A stretch of DNA of 63,066 nucleotides, filler included, from Kipferlia bialata (Eukaryota): the NCBI GenBank assembly GCA_003568945.1. It is 7 parts of 7 records of this genome, joined end to end, with 100 filler letters (N's around TTAATTAATTAA, not from the genome) between each part and the next. Parts side by side here need not be neighbours in the genome. Positions count along the whole stretch, not along the records: positions 30,584 to 40,656 come from BDIP01001500.1; positions 40,757 to 50,824 come from BDIP01001501.1; positions 50,925 to 60,981 come from BDIP01001502.1; 4 more parts are not named here. One strand, 5' to 3'. Positions 38,021 through 50,938 of the stretch are shown piece after piece. A model generated the notes under the pieces. The model saw only the letters and a list, made by a program, of their open reading frames with translations. It was not told the origin of the DNA and made no database searches. Each line of letters opens with the position of its first letter. Position 1 is the first letter of the stretch. Position numbers and translations under genes: made by a program.

Positions 38021-39492
38021 GAGCCCTAATTCCCAGGCCCTTGCCACAGAGTGTAGATCTCTCTCTCTCTCTCTCTCTCTCTCTACACCCCTAATTCCTA
38101 GGCCCTTGCCACAGAGTGCAGGGGTGACCCAGAGTACTTCTCTCTCTCTCTCTCTCTCCCTCTACACCCCTAATACCCAGGCCCTTGCCACTGAGTGCAG
38201 GGGTGACACAGAGTACACAGTCAGAGAGGACGATGGCCTCCACATATCATCAGAGGTATATATTTAAGTGAATAGATCTAATAATCAATCAATTACTCTC
38301 TAAAATCTCTATAATCCATCATAATTGTTAGAGGACGATGGCCTCCACATATCATCAGAGGTATGCATATAGTATATATATATACGTAGTATGTGTATGC
38401 ATATATATTGATTGATTAACCAACTTGCTCATATCATCAGAGGTATGCATATAGTATACAATAAATGTCACTATACTGATCTCCAATATTCAATCAACTG
38501 ATGCCAGGACTGGTGGCTCCATGTTGTATATATACATATCATATGTAGAGTAATCAATATATTTATCTTCAATAATCAATCTATTGATGCCAGGACTGGT
38601 GGCTCCATGTCAGGATGTCCAACACTGAGCCTATATTCAGGTACACATTCAAGTACCTATGATAGCCTATTACTACTACGGACTATATATGTGCTATGGT
38701 AGCATATATAGTACTTATATGATTATATGTATATTCTCCATGTCAGGATGTCCAACACTGAGCCTATATTCAGGTACAGAGTATACAGTATTACCAGTCA
38801 ATTGTAGAATATGTGTATATATTCATATTCTCTGTGTCAGGATGTCCAACACAGAGCCAATCTTCAGGTATGCACTCAAGTACCTATGAAGGCTTATGAC
38901 GGAGTGTGTTATGGTAGTATATATAGTGTTTTTAGTAATATTCACACATTCTATGTGTCAGGATGTCCAACACAGAGCCGATATTCAGGGATAGAGTATA
39001 CGCTCAATTGAAATGGTAGAATATCTATATATCTGTATACATATGTGTTTATTCTCTGTGTCAGGATGTCCAACACAGAGCCTATATTCAGGTATACATA
39101 GTTAGTATTGATACATAGAGATTCTAGTGAAGTATCCTCATTTGTTATTTCTGCTATACCCATTACCTATTTACGTAGCATTCATTATATATATCTGTCT
39201 ACTATTCTTCCCACCCTCAGGATCTGTGGAGAGGCCACTGGATCCCAGGCAGCAGAGGTTTGTTAACTAGTACTGCATAGTGTATGCATATGCACTATCC
39301 GCTACATTCCCTAAGTCCTCTGTTATATATATATATATATGATATTTTATATCTAATGTCAGGCCCTTGTTGCCGAGTGGGAGGAGCGCATGACTCTCTC
39401 TCTCTCTTTAATATATGATTTTTATCTCATGCCAGGCCCTTGTTGCAGAGTGGGAGGAGCGCATGACACAGTTGGTGATGCAGCATGCATAA
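30717..39492 (+). CDS. Alpha-D-phosphohexomutase (PMM/PGM or GlmM-like); 5'-partial, about 20 exons, with an internal gap
   Basis: Spliced motifs: VLGRDSRESG, GIVPTPTVQF, TASHNP (catalytic Ser loop), PEP, DPDADR (metal loop), RTPVGE, GGEGSGG, RDSL and VRMSNTEP (phosphate loop). Stop TAA at 39490-39492. Confidence 0.94.
34544..35467. other. Scaffold gap (924 N) inside the phosphohexomutase gene
   Basis: N run without the linker core. Exons expected between DPDADR and the NLSSSR motif are missing. Confidence 0.95.
38736..39091 (+). repeat. Four donor-side echoes of the VRMSNTEPIFR exon end (exon 38594-38640)
   Basis: TGTCAGGATGTCCAACAC(T/A)GAGCCNAT(A/C)TTCAG at about 38741, 38835, 38956 and 39059. 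Confidence 0.93.
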
Positions 39493-39898
39493 AGGGTCCA
39501 GGAGGAGAGAGAGAGAGGTGATGCAGCATGCATAGAGGGGGCAGAGAGGGAGAGAGAGAGTGTTCCTTGCACAAAGGGCGGAGAGCATGGAGAGTCAGTT
39601 AGTTACAGAAGAGTGATTGCATAGAAAGGTAGACTTAGTTAACATCTACCTAGCATCAGAATAGACAGACGTAGGCATCCATACACTGTAAGTATAGTGA
39701 GAGAGAATAGTATGGTGTAGCTGCTGAGTATAGTGTGAAGCATGCTAAGATATGTGCCAATTGAGGGTCCGGCAAATCTTTCTATCAAATCCAGCCGAAT
39801 CCACAAACGGATAAGACGCTATGTATTCAATCAATTTCGTCTGTCATCAGGATATGCTGCGTTGTCTGCTCACTCTCTCTCTCTAGCCAAGCCTAGAG

Positions 39899-40604
39899 AT
39901 GATTAGTGCTAAGCTACTGGTGAGAAACTCACACTACCCTCCGTCTGAAACCTATATATGCTTGTATCTGATGCAGAAGCAGAGTATTTACTCACTGTAA
40001 TCAGATCTTGATGTGACTCCACTACTTGCTTCCCTGCCCTCTCTCCTGCGCTATACCCTACATATGTCTAACTATAGGTGCTTGCTGTGTGTGCCACCCT
40101 CATTCTGTGCAGGGATGTGGATGTCATGACCCACTTTGGAGTGGACAGTGACCCTGTCCAGTGCGAGATCTATGGACCTGTCCTCGACAACACAGACACC
40201 GGCATAGTGTACACATACAGGTACATGGCACTGTGTAGTATTGATATAGTGGGTATGCGTGTAGGGAGGGGATACGAGGATGTATGTCAGTGAGTCACAT
40301 TTCGATTTCGTCCAATGGTTTCTGTTCCATTCACTCTGCAACTACTCTTGAGATAGAACTCACTCTCCTTCCCGCCTTACTTTCGCCCCCTTATCTTTAT
40401 TGTACTGTCTCGTTGCTGCAGTTAGTTCCGGATAAGTTCTCATGCACTTTCAGATTATTGACCTCTCTCTCTCTCTCTCTCTCGATCTCTCCCCTCTCCT
40501 CTTACTTACTTACATAAGCATTGACGCCCTTAACCACCTTGTGTACTCCCTGATGCCCCTGCTTGAGGCCAACCTCCTCAAGTTCACAATCCCAGACTTC
40601 ACAG
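39899..40604 (+). CDS. Secreted protein, possibly BPI/LBP (TULIP) family; 3'-truncated, join(39899..39919,40078..40220,40519..40604)
   Basis: Signal-peptide-like MISAKLLVLAVCATLILC. TGIVYTYSIDALNHLV...LEANLLKFTIPDFT resembles the BPI N-terminus PGxxxRxxxxGLDY...LxxxxIPD. Confidence 0.5.
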
Positions 40605-40656
40605 GTACCGTACCCCCCCCCCCCCCCCCCCCCCCCCCCTCCCCCCCCTCTTTCTT

Positions 40657-40756
40657 NNNNNNNNNNNNNNNNNNNNNNNNNNNNNNNNNNNNNNNNNNNN
40701 TTAATTAATTAANNNNNNNNNNNNNNNNNNNNNNNNNNNNNNNNNNNNNNNNNNNN
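40657..40756. other. Artificial contig linker
   Basis: N44-TTAATTAATTAA-N44. Confidence 0.98.
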
Positions 40757-40765
40757 CCCCCCCTT

Positions 40766-40798
<33 letters not shown>

Positions 40799-40807
40799 TT
40801 ACACCAG

Positions 40808-41210
40808 GACGAGGTGCCCCCTGAGTTCCGTCTGTACATGGTGAGTGAGATAGTGTCTAGTACATAGTCTTCTGGGAGTATTTATCATTAGTGTCTATAG
40901 ATACTGTCATAGTGCGATACTTGTGATCCACACATACCTAGTTGATATTGACGGTAGCTATATATCCGTATCTCTGTTCCAGTGTCATATTCATCTCCCA
41001 CTCCGTCTCTTTCCATTCTTATTGCCGCACTCCGTCTGTCTTCCACCTGCCTATACGCATATGTATTGCCCTTCACCCTCAGGGCAGTTGAATCCCATAT
41101 ATGTGACCCCCCCCCCACATTCATACACATACATTCACATATATATACCCCCGATACCCATCCCTCACCCCCAGGACAAGAAGAAGCCCGTCGACAACAC
41201 CACCATGTAA
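40808..41210 (+). CDS. Last two exons of an unidentified gene (...DEVPPEFRLYM|DKKKPVDNTTM*)
   Basis: Exons 40808-40840 and 41175-41210 have canonical sites, phase 0 and a TAA stop. Confidence 0.6.
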
Positions 41211-41670
41211 GGGGTGCTAAACCAGGAGTTTAACTAGTCGTTCAATAGTGGTTCTCTGTCTACCCGTGCCCTGTGCTCTGTCTATTGCACATGTATGGCA
41301 TGATACTTGTATTTGTTTCTGTGAGCGTGTCTATCTGGCTAGACACGCGTGTAGAGAGTTGTTGTAATAGATGACTCTTATCGATGTGTGAGATTCTTAT
41401 TTGCCGTGATTGATTGAGGTGTGGCTTTCAAGAGACACCTGATGATACTAGAATCTAAGATGCTAATGTTTGAGTCCGTTCAGTCACCTCTCAACTCTGG
41501 GTCACGACATAACACTTCATTTGCCAAGTGTTGACCCATCGACTATCATCTCGATCTATTGAATAACACAACACACGATAGAATCCTACCAATCCATCAA
41601 ACACAATTCATACAGAGAGTGTCAGTTCAGACACTACCCTCTCTCTCCCCCCCCCTCTCTCTCTCTCTTT

Positions 41671-41773
41671 CTACTCCTCCCCCCAGTTGAAGTCACTGAA
41701 GCCCTCCCCTCCCTGACCCCCATCACCGAAGGCAGAGGCGCCTGGGTGTAAGCATAGATGTACAGAGAAGAAG

Positions 41774-41810
<37 letters not shown>

Positions 41811-42743
41811 TATCTATACTCCATCGCCAAAGGCAGAGGCGCCTGGGTATAAGCACTATATATACATTCACAATTCATATAGTAAACATATCTAGCTAAC
41901 GCACCTGTGTCAAACGCAGAACTTCACTATACTGCCTCATTACCAATACTCATACATATGTGGCCCTACCTGTGTCATAAATACATACGTATATACTATA
42001 CAGTAGTCATATACCTGTGTCAAATGCGGGGCTGTCTGCGTCGAATGCAGTGTCGAAGCCAGCAGTGGCAGGGACACCCTCCTCAGTCACAGTGGCAGGG
42101 ACATCAAAGGGAGAGGCGGCATCTGCGGCACCCTCAGCGGCTGGGGCCTCCTCGCCCCACCCCATGTCCTCACCCCAGGCACCGGCACCGTCATCGAGGG
42201 GGGCGCCTGGGCATCAGATTCTGAATATATACCCCCTACCTGTCTCTGGCGACTCAACTCAGTCAGACACCATGTAGAGTCCAGTATCATGTATATAGTT
42301 TACTCTATCTATACCTGTCTCTGTCTCTGGCGACTCAAATGGGTTCTCCCCCATGTCCATGTCCATGTCCAGCCCATCAACATCAGCCACTGCAGGTACT
42401 GCCTCTGTGGGTACTGTGGGCACAGGCTCAGTGTCGACAGGGGCAGCCGAGATGGCATACTGGGCAGTGTCGGGGACCTGGGGATTAGATATCTCTCTCT
42501 CGCACACACAATATGTGAATATACATATATAGAAAGAACTCTACACATGTACCTGTCCTGCTGGGCTGTCTGGCACCCTGACACTGTCCACATCAGACAG
42601 CAGTCTGGACCCAGTCAGGACAGGGGGGAGGGCGTCAACGGGCTAAGGGTTAGAACGTATACATTATAAAATATATTAGACTTGGATTATACAATAATAG
42701 TCCAGCAAATACGAGGAAGTTGTCCACTGGGAAGCTCCTTAGT

Positions 42744-42777
<34 letters not shown>

Positions 42778-45571
42778 ATTCAGGATTATACACCATATCC
42801 ATTTATATAATACATGGATATATATAGAGAGGTTTACATTACCTCCTCCGTGGCCAGCTCCTCCTTAGTGATGAAGCCCTTGTCCTCAGTCTCTCCCTCT
42901 CCCTCCCTCTCCTCCTCCTCCTCACTCGACACCTGGGGTCAGTATATATACACACACACACATATATATATACAATACACATATCGATCGGAGGTATACC
43001 TCAGGCAGGTTGTCGGGACTGTCAAACCCCTCTGCCTCTCCCTCTCCAAAGTCGAACCCATCCTCGCCAAACACCTCTTCGGCCACCACTCCCTCTCCCT
43101 CTCCCTCTCCCTCACTGCCAAATGCAAACCCTGGGTCTGCCACCTCCCCACCCCCAGTGGCAAAGGCATCATCACCCCACCCACTCACAGTCTCTCCCTC
43201 TGCCTCTACAGCTGTAGTAGCATCATCCCCAAACCCAAAGGCGTCCTCAGGAGTAGTGGATGGAATGACCTCTGTCTCTGGCTCCTGGGCCTCTCTCTCC
43301 CCCTCCATGCCAGATGTGTCAAGGGGTGGGTGCTGAAGGTGAACGGGGTCAGTCACTACACCCTGGAGTTAGTGCCAATGTATATATATATATATATAAA
43401 TATTTCTGTGTGTGTATAGTATTCATATATGCCCCTGTTTGTCCATGGGTGCCTCGTCTGATATCTATACACTGACATAATAACACTGTTGTACACTCAT
43501 ATGTATATATATATATATATACAGACATACACCCACCTGCTTGTCCATGGGTGCATCGTCTGAGATGGGCAGAGGGGTGGGGCCATCTAGGCCAAGGCCC
43601 ATGTCAAGGCCTGGGGGTGAGGGATACACATGGACACACACATATATATACATATGAATATACCTATACATATACTATATCGTAGATACCTGGCTCAGCA
43701 AAGAACCCCTCCCCGCCCATGCCCTGTGCATCCTCAATCTCAAGGCCGGCAAAGTCCCACTGGTCACCCTGGTATTAGGGATCCATATTCCAATTATAAC
43801 TATACAACATTTGTATATAACAGAAATCGTTTCAAATACTACTATGGAGGAATGTCGACTGAAAGTAGTTCCATATACACTTGCTTTTGTACCTCAGCCC
43901 TTCCCTTGAGTGCCTGTGCTGCCTTGGCCACACACTCTGCACTCCCTTCCACCAGGGACAGAGAGGCAGTGTCCAGCATGGAAGAGAAGGCAACGACCTG
44001 GAAGGTGAGTTATACGTATTACATATCAACATGATATACATTGGTAGAGGTATACTTATACTTGTATACGCAGTATTATAGGCTGTGTCCAGCATGGAAG
44101 AGAAGGCAACTACCTTATAGGTAAGGGGGAGAGAGAGAGAGAGGGAGAGAGACAGAACAACTCTCCAACCTATATAAGGGTGGCAGGTGCTCTGCTGTCC
44201 ATTTCTTTCAATCATTGGTACATATATATATAAATACACATATGTGTATATGTGTGTGTATATACCTGAGTGGCCAATGCGCTGCTGTCATATGAGGGTA
44301 TCTGCTTCAGGAAGGCAGTGCAGACCTCCTCACGGGCCCTAACGGGTGAGACGTCTCATTAGAATAAGCATTATTGGACTAGCATATACGTATATACCTA
44401 GCTGCCATGAGCGATGCCAGGGCGTCTGCCCTCAGTCTCTCTGCCGATACCAGTGACCTCATGGCATCTGCCACCTCTCTCTCGCGGATGGCAGCCTGGT
44501 CCTTCTTGGCCTGGGATGTTAGTACATTGCATATTATGTCACATATGCATATTCATAGAAGGTAGCCTGGCCCAACCATTCGGGTTAAAGGACATAAAAA
44601 TTCTTGGCCTGGGGTGAGGAAGAGAGCATAGTTGTACATACAACAAGTAATATATGAATACGTCTATACCTGGGCCTCTAGCGGCATCTGGGCATATATA
44701 TATAGTCTATATATACATAGTATATATATGTATATATATATATGTGTGTGTACGTCTATACCTGAGCCTCTATCTGCATCTGGGTTGCTGCCTGGTGTGC
44801 CATCTGGGCAGCAGACTGGATGTCCTTGACACCCACCAGACTGATACCGGAGACTAGAGTGGATACACTGGAGGTGAGATGGAGACATATATATATACAA
44901 AATACTATATAAATCACAGGATGTCCTTGACATAAGACTGAGACCTGACACGAAGGTGGAGACACTGGGGTGAGAGTATAAGAGAGGATGCTTTAAAAGG
45001 TGCAAGTATATATATATATTAATATATATAGGTGCAAGTATATATATATATTAATATATATAGTAACCTCTGCTTCGTGTCTAGATATGCTATACTATAT
45101 ATACCCACCTCTGTACAGTGTCTGCCAGGGTGTTCACAACTGGAAGCAGCTTCTCAATGGCCCTGGTCTGCTCATCGGCCTAGGGTTAATGAATGAGAGA
45201 AGGGTATTAAGGGTGCATGGAGAGAGAGAGGTGACGATGTACTGGAGATAGATAAGATACTTGTAAGAACTATTCAGTCTATATCCCTACCTGTGCCCTG
45301 AGCTGTGAGAGGAATTAGATGAAATAGATTTCTCACTAAGACACATAATAAATATACACCATGTCTCCCTACCTGTGCCCTGAGCTGTGAGAGGTGTGTC
45401 TCCATCTCGTCCATCCTCTGGAGGGTGAGTGGTGGGGAGAGAGAGAGAGAGAGGGAGAGTGAAAGAGAGAGGTGAATATACATATGCATTTTCATACTCT
45501 TGCCATACCTCCTGTGCCTCCATGGCCACTGTGTGCTGCACATCAACCTGGGGGTAAGAGGAGAGAGAGAG

Positions 45572-45611
<40 letters not shown>

Positions 45612-45733
45612 ACCTGAAGTAGTTCATGGAGATACTGAGTAATCATATACATAATTCTGAGGTATATATATACCTGTGCAATGGGCATCTCTGGCAGGGG
45701 TGGCAGGGGGGCAGGGGCCTCCTTCTTGACAAT
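41671..45733 (-). CDS. Hypothetical coiled-coil protein with an acidic, aromatic-motif-rich tail; 5' end missing
   Basis: About 14 spliceable exons (IVKKEAPAPLPP..., RMDEMETHLSQLRAQ, ...DAFGFGDD..., ...FSDFNWGEE*). No family recognised. Confidence 0.65.
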
Positions 45734-45760
45734 CTGGGGGGGAGGGGATATGGATAGACA

Positions 45761-45822
<62 letters not shown>

Positions 45823-45936
45823 GAGAGGCGTGCATGGCCTCCTTTACGACAATCTGGGGGGGGGGGGGGGGGGGATATTTATACAGGGGGACACTTTCCT
45901 TCTTCACCTTCCACTTCCCTATATACCCTTTGGCCT

Positions 45937-48851
45937 ATGAGCCAAGGCAGCGAGGTGTTTCTGTCTCTCTGTCTGTCTCTCTCTCACTCACACACACAAC
46001 CTCCCCATCTCTCTATCCCCCCTCACCTATAGACCATAGCCAAAGGCACCAACGTGTGTTTCATCACAGGGGCAGGGCTGAGTGTGGCATCCGGCATCAC
46101 CCCTTACAGGTACATATATATTATAGCAGTGTATATATACATGTACTGGGACAATATATGTACCATATATATACTTGGGCTGAGTGTGGTATCCGGCATC
46201 ACCCCTTACAGGTATGTGCACGTATATACCTGCAAGTATATTCACATACTGGTCTAGTATGTACCACATATACGAGGACTGAGTGTGGCATAACTCCCTA
46301 CAGGTATATATACAATATTTAGAGTGAATGTACACACCAGTAGCTTTTATACTCCTCTTACTCCCCGCCCCCATTATACCAGAGCAGTATAGTACATCGG
46401 CTAATGCCCATACTCTCTCTCTCTCTCTCTCTCTCTGTATCTCCCCAGGGAGGGCTATCTGGGACACTTGTCTACTACTCTCTCTCTATCTCTGCAGAAT
46501 TGATGTGGTACTCTATGTCCCCTAACGCCGGCCAAGGGTGGTACCATCTGGGACCTAGTTGTTATCTATTATGTATGTATATATCATTCCATATTCCCTC
46601 TCACCCCCGGAGCCAAGGAGGGTGCCATCTTGGACCTAGTTGTCTTCAATTATATATATATATTTATGTCTTACTTCTCTCTATCTCTCTCTCTCTATAT
46701 ATATATGTAGCACACAATGTTCTCTTACCCTAGAGCCAAGGAGGGTGCCATCTGGGACATCTCGTCTACTGACTAGTCTCTCTCTCTCTCTCTCAGTATG
46801 TTAGTAGCATTCCATATGTCCTCTAATACTTAGAGCCAAGGAGGGTGCCATTTGGGACCGGTTTGTCACGGAGTGGGGCACCAGAAGACTGTTCAAGAGA
46901 GACCCCACGGAGTGGTGGAACGGGTTCTGGCTGAGGTATATACTATAAGTACACTATGTATAAATATTCATTTTATTGGCACATGTGGGTGTATTACATA
47001 TAATCATATATCCACCCACCCCAGGACGCATGAGAAGCCCGAGTTCCTGAAGGCTGTGCCCAATGCAGGGCACTACGCAATCACAGACCTGGTCAGAATA
47101 TCGGGGTGGGTATATATGTGACATTCATATATGTATATGTCTATGTATATATGTCATTACACGGTATATATATGCAGTATTATATGCATGCCATCACAGA
47201 CCTGGTCAGGATATCGGGGTGGGTGGTAGTTGAGTTTTGGAAAAATCAATGTATTCAAGTGTGAGAATGTATGGGCATCAGAATATGGATGCACATGGAT
47301 ATACCTCACCCCCAGTGTGAATGTTGTCACCCAGAACATCGATGGCCTACACACCAGGGCAGGACTGTGTGATGACAGGCTGGTGCAGGTGAGTGGTAGT
47401 ATGTATATATACACATATACATGAAAATAATATGATCCTGTATATATGGGTGATGACAGGCTGGTGCAGGTGGGTATCACAATAGTATATAGTGTATATA
47501 GTTTTTCTATATAGTTTTCTTATATAGTGTTTTTAATGTATGTCTCTGTTATGACAGGCTGGTGCAGGTGGGGGTGGGATATGCAGATAAGTAGTTTAAT
47601 GTGTATACCTACACATAAACACACATATGTATATTTGTGTATACTACAATGTTGATTGTTCTTTCACCCACCTTAGGTCCACGGCCAGCTGGGCAGGTAC
47701 AAGTGTGTCCAGACTGGGTGTCCCTATGCATCGAGCAAGGTCATCACCATTCCCAGCCTGGACGACTTTGCGGAGGAGTGGACTAGGTATGTATAGTATT
47801 TTTTGAAGTATATGTGTTTGGATGTATACTTTTCTAACCCTGGCGACCCCCCCCCCCCCCATGTCTCTCCCCTAGGTATATTGATACACCCATGCATATA
47901 TGTGTTCTTGTCTCACCCCAGCATGGATGGTGGCAACCTGCGTGTCACTGTCCCCCGTTGCCCAGGCTGCACCAACCCCATCATGCCACTCAGTCTGTTC
48001 TTCGATGAGGACTATAGCAGGTACTCGAGATGTATATATTATAATGTGTGTGTATATCTATGCATGTTTGTATATGTATCCCTGTTCTCACCCCTAGTCA
48101 CGTTGCCTTCAAGTGGGGCACCGTGCACCGGTGGCTGGGCCAGAGCAGTGTGCTGGTGTTTGTGGGCACCTCGTTCAGTGTGGGTGTCACCTCAGACGCC
48201 ATAGGGGCCAGTCACCACGACGAGAAGGTCATATACAACTTCAACATCGGTACGTGAATTCATATATATTTTTGTGTATCAGTATCACATGAGTATGTGT
48301 ATGTTTTCCACCAGAAGGCCATATACATCTTCAACATCGGTACGTGTGTGTGAATGAGTATACACGACATACTATTGTCTCTCTCTCTCCTTCTATGTAT
48401 CTCTGTATGTGTATGTCTATGTCTTCATGTCATATATACGTCTCACCCCCAGTCCCCGAGGACACCCACCCCAAGTCCTTCATGTTCAGACACATCATAG
48501 GGCCCAGTGAGGAGACACTCCCCCTGCTGGTCAAGTTCATAAGGTATGTTCGTATGTATATATATATGTGTGTGTGTGTGTTGTATATACTCCCTCACTC
48601 CAACAGGGAGTGCCTGCACCCCAAGGCCCATTCATCTCTAATGTATTACTTCACAATTNNNNNNNNNNNNNNNNNNNNNNNNNNNNNNNNNNNNNNNNNN
48701 NNNNNNNNNNNNNNNNNNNNNNNNNNNNNNNNNACACCCACCCATATACACACCCACCCACCCCAGGGAGTGCCTGCACCCCAAGGCCAAGGGCGGCAAG
48801 AGGAGACCCCCGAGGATGTACTGCTGGACGCAGAAGGGGGCAGGGGGCTAG
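45937..48851 (+). CDS. Sirtuin (Sir2-family NAD+-dependent deacylase), multi-exon; first micro-exon MSQGSE is tentative
   Basis: Motifs FITGAGLSVASGI, PNAGH, VTQNIDGLHTRAG, VHG, zinc-binding CVQTGC and CPGC, and VFVGTSFSV. Stop TAG at 48849-48851. Confidence 0.93.
46445..46833 (+). repeat. Four acceptor-side echoes of the sirtuin exon starting at 46834
   Basis: (A)GCCAAGGAGGGTGCCATYTGGGAC-like copies at about 46445, 46530, 46611 and 46734, decaying with distance from the exon. Confidence 0.85.
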
Positions 48852-49534
48852 GGAGCGAGTCGGTCCATCAGTTACTAATGTGTACCTATCTGGTACCCGC
48901 GGGTGCCTTCCGCACTTGGAGTGGACATTGCCAGTGTAATATGTGTGCGAGGCTCTTTGGTCTGAGGCCTGTCTCCCTGGGGCCTTGCGTCAATGTGTAT
49001 TCGTAGTGTCATTATTATCTTGCGATACACAAGTCAGGTCTTTGTAAAGAGCTCAGGATGCCCCTATTATCTCTGCCTCACCTTGTGCTATCTATGAGTA
49101 TGGTATGATACCCACATGTGTGTAACAGTAGTGTAGTCTCACTCGGACAGCTGTGGTTGTATGGTAGGTACTTGAGAGAGTATAGAGACTGGAAACTCAA
49201 TAGATTATGGTGTGTGCTACTATACTGGATGGTGTTGGTACTATTGCAGAAGAATACAAAGATAGACGGGCGAGTGTAGAGACTCGTTTAGGTATCAGTG
49301 GCCGGATCTAATGGGACCTATACTGTACGGGTGTCACGTATTCACTCCTTAGAAACGTATTTATGAGTACAGCCACCTTGTAAGTTGCATTGACCTTAGA
49401 ATGATGAAGACAGTCACTGGGTTCCTCCAGTTCACATGTGGCATAAATGCACGTGTCACATGTTAAGAAACACCATGAAAGATGGACCTAATGTAGAAAC
49501 TGTTCATACTATGGACTCGACACGTTTTCTCATG

Positions 49535-50603
49535 TTACACCAGGTCTGCGGCAGTACAGTCAGAGTGGGACTCTACCTTTGGGTTGAGAGGCTCGGTCTC
49601 ATTGTCTGGCATCAGGGGTATACAAGTGCAAAGGTATGCCTGAAAACAATGATGTAAATGTTACCATACCACTTACCGTCTGTCCGAGTAGAGACTGGGA
49701 TGCCGTTGGCTATCTTAATGGCATCAGAGACCTGGGGGTGAAGGCATTGGAAGTTTATAAGATTTCATATCAAGAAAGACCCAAGAATGGGTGATGAAAT
49801 GTTACTATATGGCTGTCACGATGTGCAATCACCTCGCCAAGTGCCACCGAAAGGTACATGAAGAGGAAGGACGTGGCAACTGTTGATATCTCATAGAGTC
49901 CTACTGCCCCCCATCTGATGATGGCGACATTGCATAGGAGGACTGCCAGGGGAGGGGCCACTGCGGTTAGACTAGAGTGCGCAAGGTATTTTCATCATAT
50001 AACAAATTCATATTATTACTGTATGCGCACCTAATACAATGCACAGTGCCCATATGAAGGTCTTCTTCATACTGCTAAGTCTCTTGCACCCTGTGCTTAC
50101 AGTAGCTGGATACTTCAGGGAGACATCCTTAATAACCTGAGTAAGAGGAGCATATAGACAGGCAAACTATGACTATAGTGTAGAATACACAGTAGACATA
50201 GGAGGCTAGATTGTGAAGGTGGCAGTGATAGTGACAGGTCTCACTAATACGGAATGCATTCAACATACCTGAAACACCACATACAGGCTAGCTGCACAGC
50301 CAATGACATTCATGATGTTTGGTACGTATAGCGGGGTGTGGAACAGGAAGCAGACCCTGAGTGTGGGGACACACAGAGGCATATGGTATTTGGCTATATC
50401 AATGTATACCAGAGTTCACTCATTATACTGACTCTATATATATGATATATGTGATATATATCAACTGAGATGATATACTATTTAATGTATATGTGTGACT
50501 GGCAGTCGATGCGTATAAGAATAAATATATCCACAGTACATACCATGTGGCCAGTGCCCAGGACAGAAGGACATATCTAATCTGTGTGAGAACAAGAGGT
50601 ATC
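49535..50603 (-). CDS. Multi-pass membrane protein, 5'-partial, 6 exons with short echo-free introns
   Basis: Phase-consistent splice: YLLFSHRLDMSFCPGALATW|VCFLFH...VVFQ|VIKD...LCIVL|VAPP...ALGE|VSD...|...AADLV*. Several hydrophobic segments. Confidence 0.7.
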
Positions 50604-50779
50604 CTAAGAGCATATTGACATAGTCATTCATATCGAATTAAGTTTGGAGTTGAAGAAATGTGAATCAGAAGAAATGTATCGGAAGAGAGTGGATGGCAGT
50701 ACTACTTTGATTGTTGATATGGACAAGCTATGTCTGGGTACTACTACTGGGTACTAAGACATGACCGAATATCAGGGTA

Positions 50780-50817
<38 letters not shown>

Positions 50818-50824
50818 AAGGGGG

Positions 50825-50924
50825 NNNNNNNNNNNNNNNNNNNNNNNNNNNNNNNNNNNNNNNNNNNNTTAATTAATTAANNNNNNNNNNNNNNNNNNNN
50901 NNNNNNNNNNNNNNNNNNNNNNNN
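50825..50924. other. Artificial contig linker
   Basis: N44-TTAATTAATTAA-N44. Confidence 0.98.
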
Positions 50925-50938
50925 GTATGCATCCATAG

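Noticed and set aside
48890..49010. GC-richer stretch with a short hairpin after the sirtuin stop, considered as ncRNA or SECIS
   Set aside because: No recognisable tRNA, snRNA or SECIS consensus; compatible with an ordinary 3' UTR.
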